Shown: piece by piece, positions 63,383 through 64,000 of the stretch
Layout of the letters: every line of letters starts with the position of its first letter
Numbering within the stretch: position 1 is the first letter of the stretch
DNA from: Bdellovibrionales bacterium
Lineage (GTDB): Bacteria > Bdellovibrionota > Bdellovibrionia > Bdellovibrionales > UBA1609
Assembly: GCA_965219095.1 (NCBI GenBank)
Contig: CBDCMT010000001.1
Coordinates: 1,120,001-1,184,000, forward strand
Reading direction: 5' to 3'
DNA length: 64,000 nt
Position numbers and translations under genes: made by a program
The notes under the pieces: generated by a model
What the model was told of the DNA's origin: nothing
Seen by the model: only the letters and a program-made list of their open reading frames with translations
The model's database searches: none

Positions 63383-64000
63383 ATGAGTTTTTCAAAAGAA
63401 AAGGTTTTTGAAAAAACCGTAAAAAACTTTTTAAAACCTATTTGGGTTTATATGCAGGATAATAAGGTTACAGAGATTATGATCAATGGACATAAAAATA
63501 TTTTTATAGAGGTTGATGGAAAGATTCAAAAAACAAAATCCCAGTTTGATGATGAAGACATGTTAAAAGCTGCGGTAACTAACATTGCTCAGAGTATGGG
63601 ACGTAGAATTGATAATAAAAACCCTTGTTTAGACGCAAGACTACCTAATGGTTACCGCATCCATGCTGTTTTGCCTCCTTGTGCTCGTAATGGCACTACA
63701 GTGGCAATTCGTAAATTTTTTGAAGTTCAAATGAGTTTAAAAGATACGGTTAAAAAGGGAGTTCTCAGCCAAATTGCAGCTATGTTTTTAGATGTATCTA
63801 TAAAAATAGGTAAAAACATTATTGTAAGTGGAGGTACAGGTTCTGGAAAGACAACTCTCTTAAGCACTCTTTGCCAAAGAGTGCTTCAAGGGGAAAGAGT
63901 GATTATAATCGAAGACGCTTCAGAGCTTCGCTGGGATTACGATCATGCTGTATTTTTTGAAACACGTCTTCCTGATTCCCAGGGAAAAGGTGCTATAGGT
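63383..64000 (+). CDS. cpaF: CpaF/TadA pilus assembly ATPase, runs off window end (not in ORF track)
   Basis: VTEIMING, DARLPNG, AIRKF, GGTGSGKTTLL, IEDA; TAAA-N15-TCCGATAA upstream. Confidence 0.9.
   Translation, partial: MSFSKEKVFEKTVKNFLKPIWVYMQDNKVTEIMINGHKNIFIEVDGKIQKTKSQFDDEDMLKAAVTNIAQSMGRRIDNKNPCLDARLPNGYRIHAVLPPCARNGTTVAIRKFFEVQMSLKDTVKKGVLSQIAAMFLDVSIKIGKNIIVSGGTGSGKTTLLSTLCQRVLQGERVIIIEDASELRWDYDHAVFFETRLPDSQGKGAIG

Overview
AT-rich bacterial chromosome segment whose gene content points to a Bdellovibrionota-like organism (inference from Pal/CpoB, Tad ATPase, PilZ, secreted subtilase, lytic transglycosylase, and sigma28/sigma54 promoters). Two intact housekeeping blocks (3.4-15.7 kb: sensor kinase/regulator, coaD, aminotransferase, pal, tsaD, rsmA, smpB; 52-64 kb: groEL/groES, pgsA, glpX, grxC, PhoH2, cpaF) flank an IS-saturated zone (16-52 kb). 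That zone holds nested elements or ends of about nine IS families (IS256, IS1634, IS630, IS66, IS481, IS110/IS1111, ISL3, IS5, IS3-derived MITE) and a decaying defence island (type I RM hsdR fragment, fused hsdM-hsdS, truncated IetA-like ATPase). The strongest signal is an IS1111-type IS110 element (48783-51841). Its right non-coding end folds into a two-loop bridge/seek-RNA-like structure with the repeated scaffold TTCAT-[6 nt]-GAATA, whose two 6-mers (TTCGAC, ATAGAC) exactly match the element's left target flank and its own right end. The target motif lies in the ends of an IS630 element, and the IS110 sits between IS630 ends as a composite that occurs twice in the window. A second notable feature is a 318-bp direct repeat flanking an IS1634 element inside an ISL3. 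All alignments and folds were done by eye; no database searches were run.
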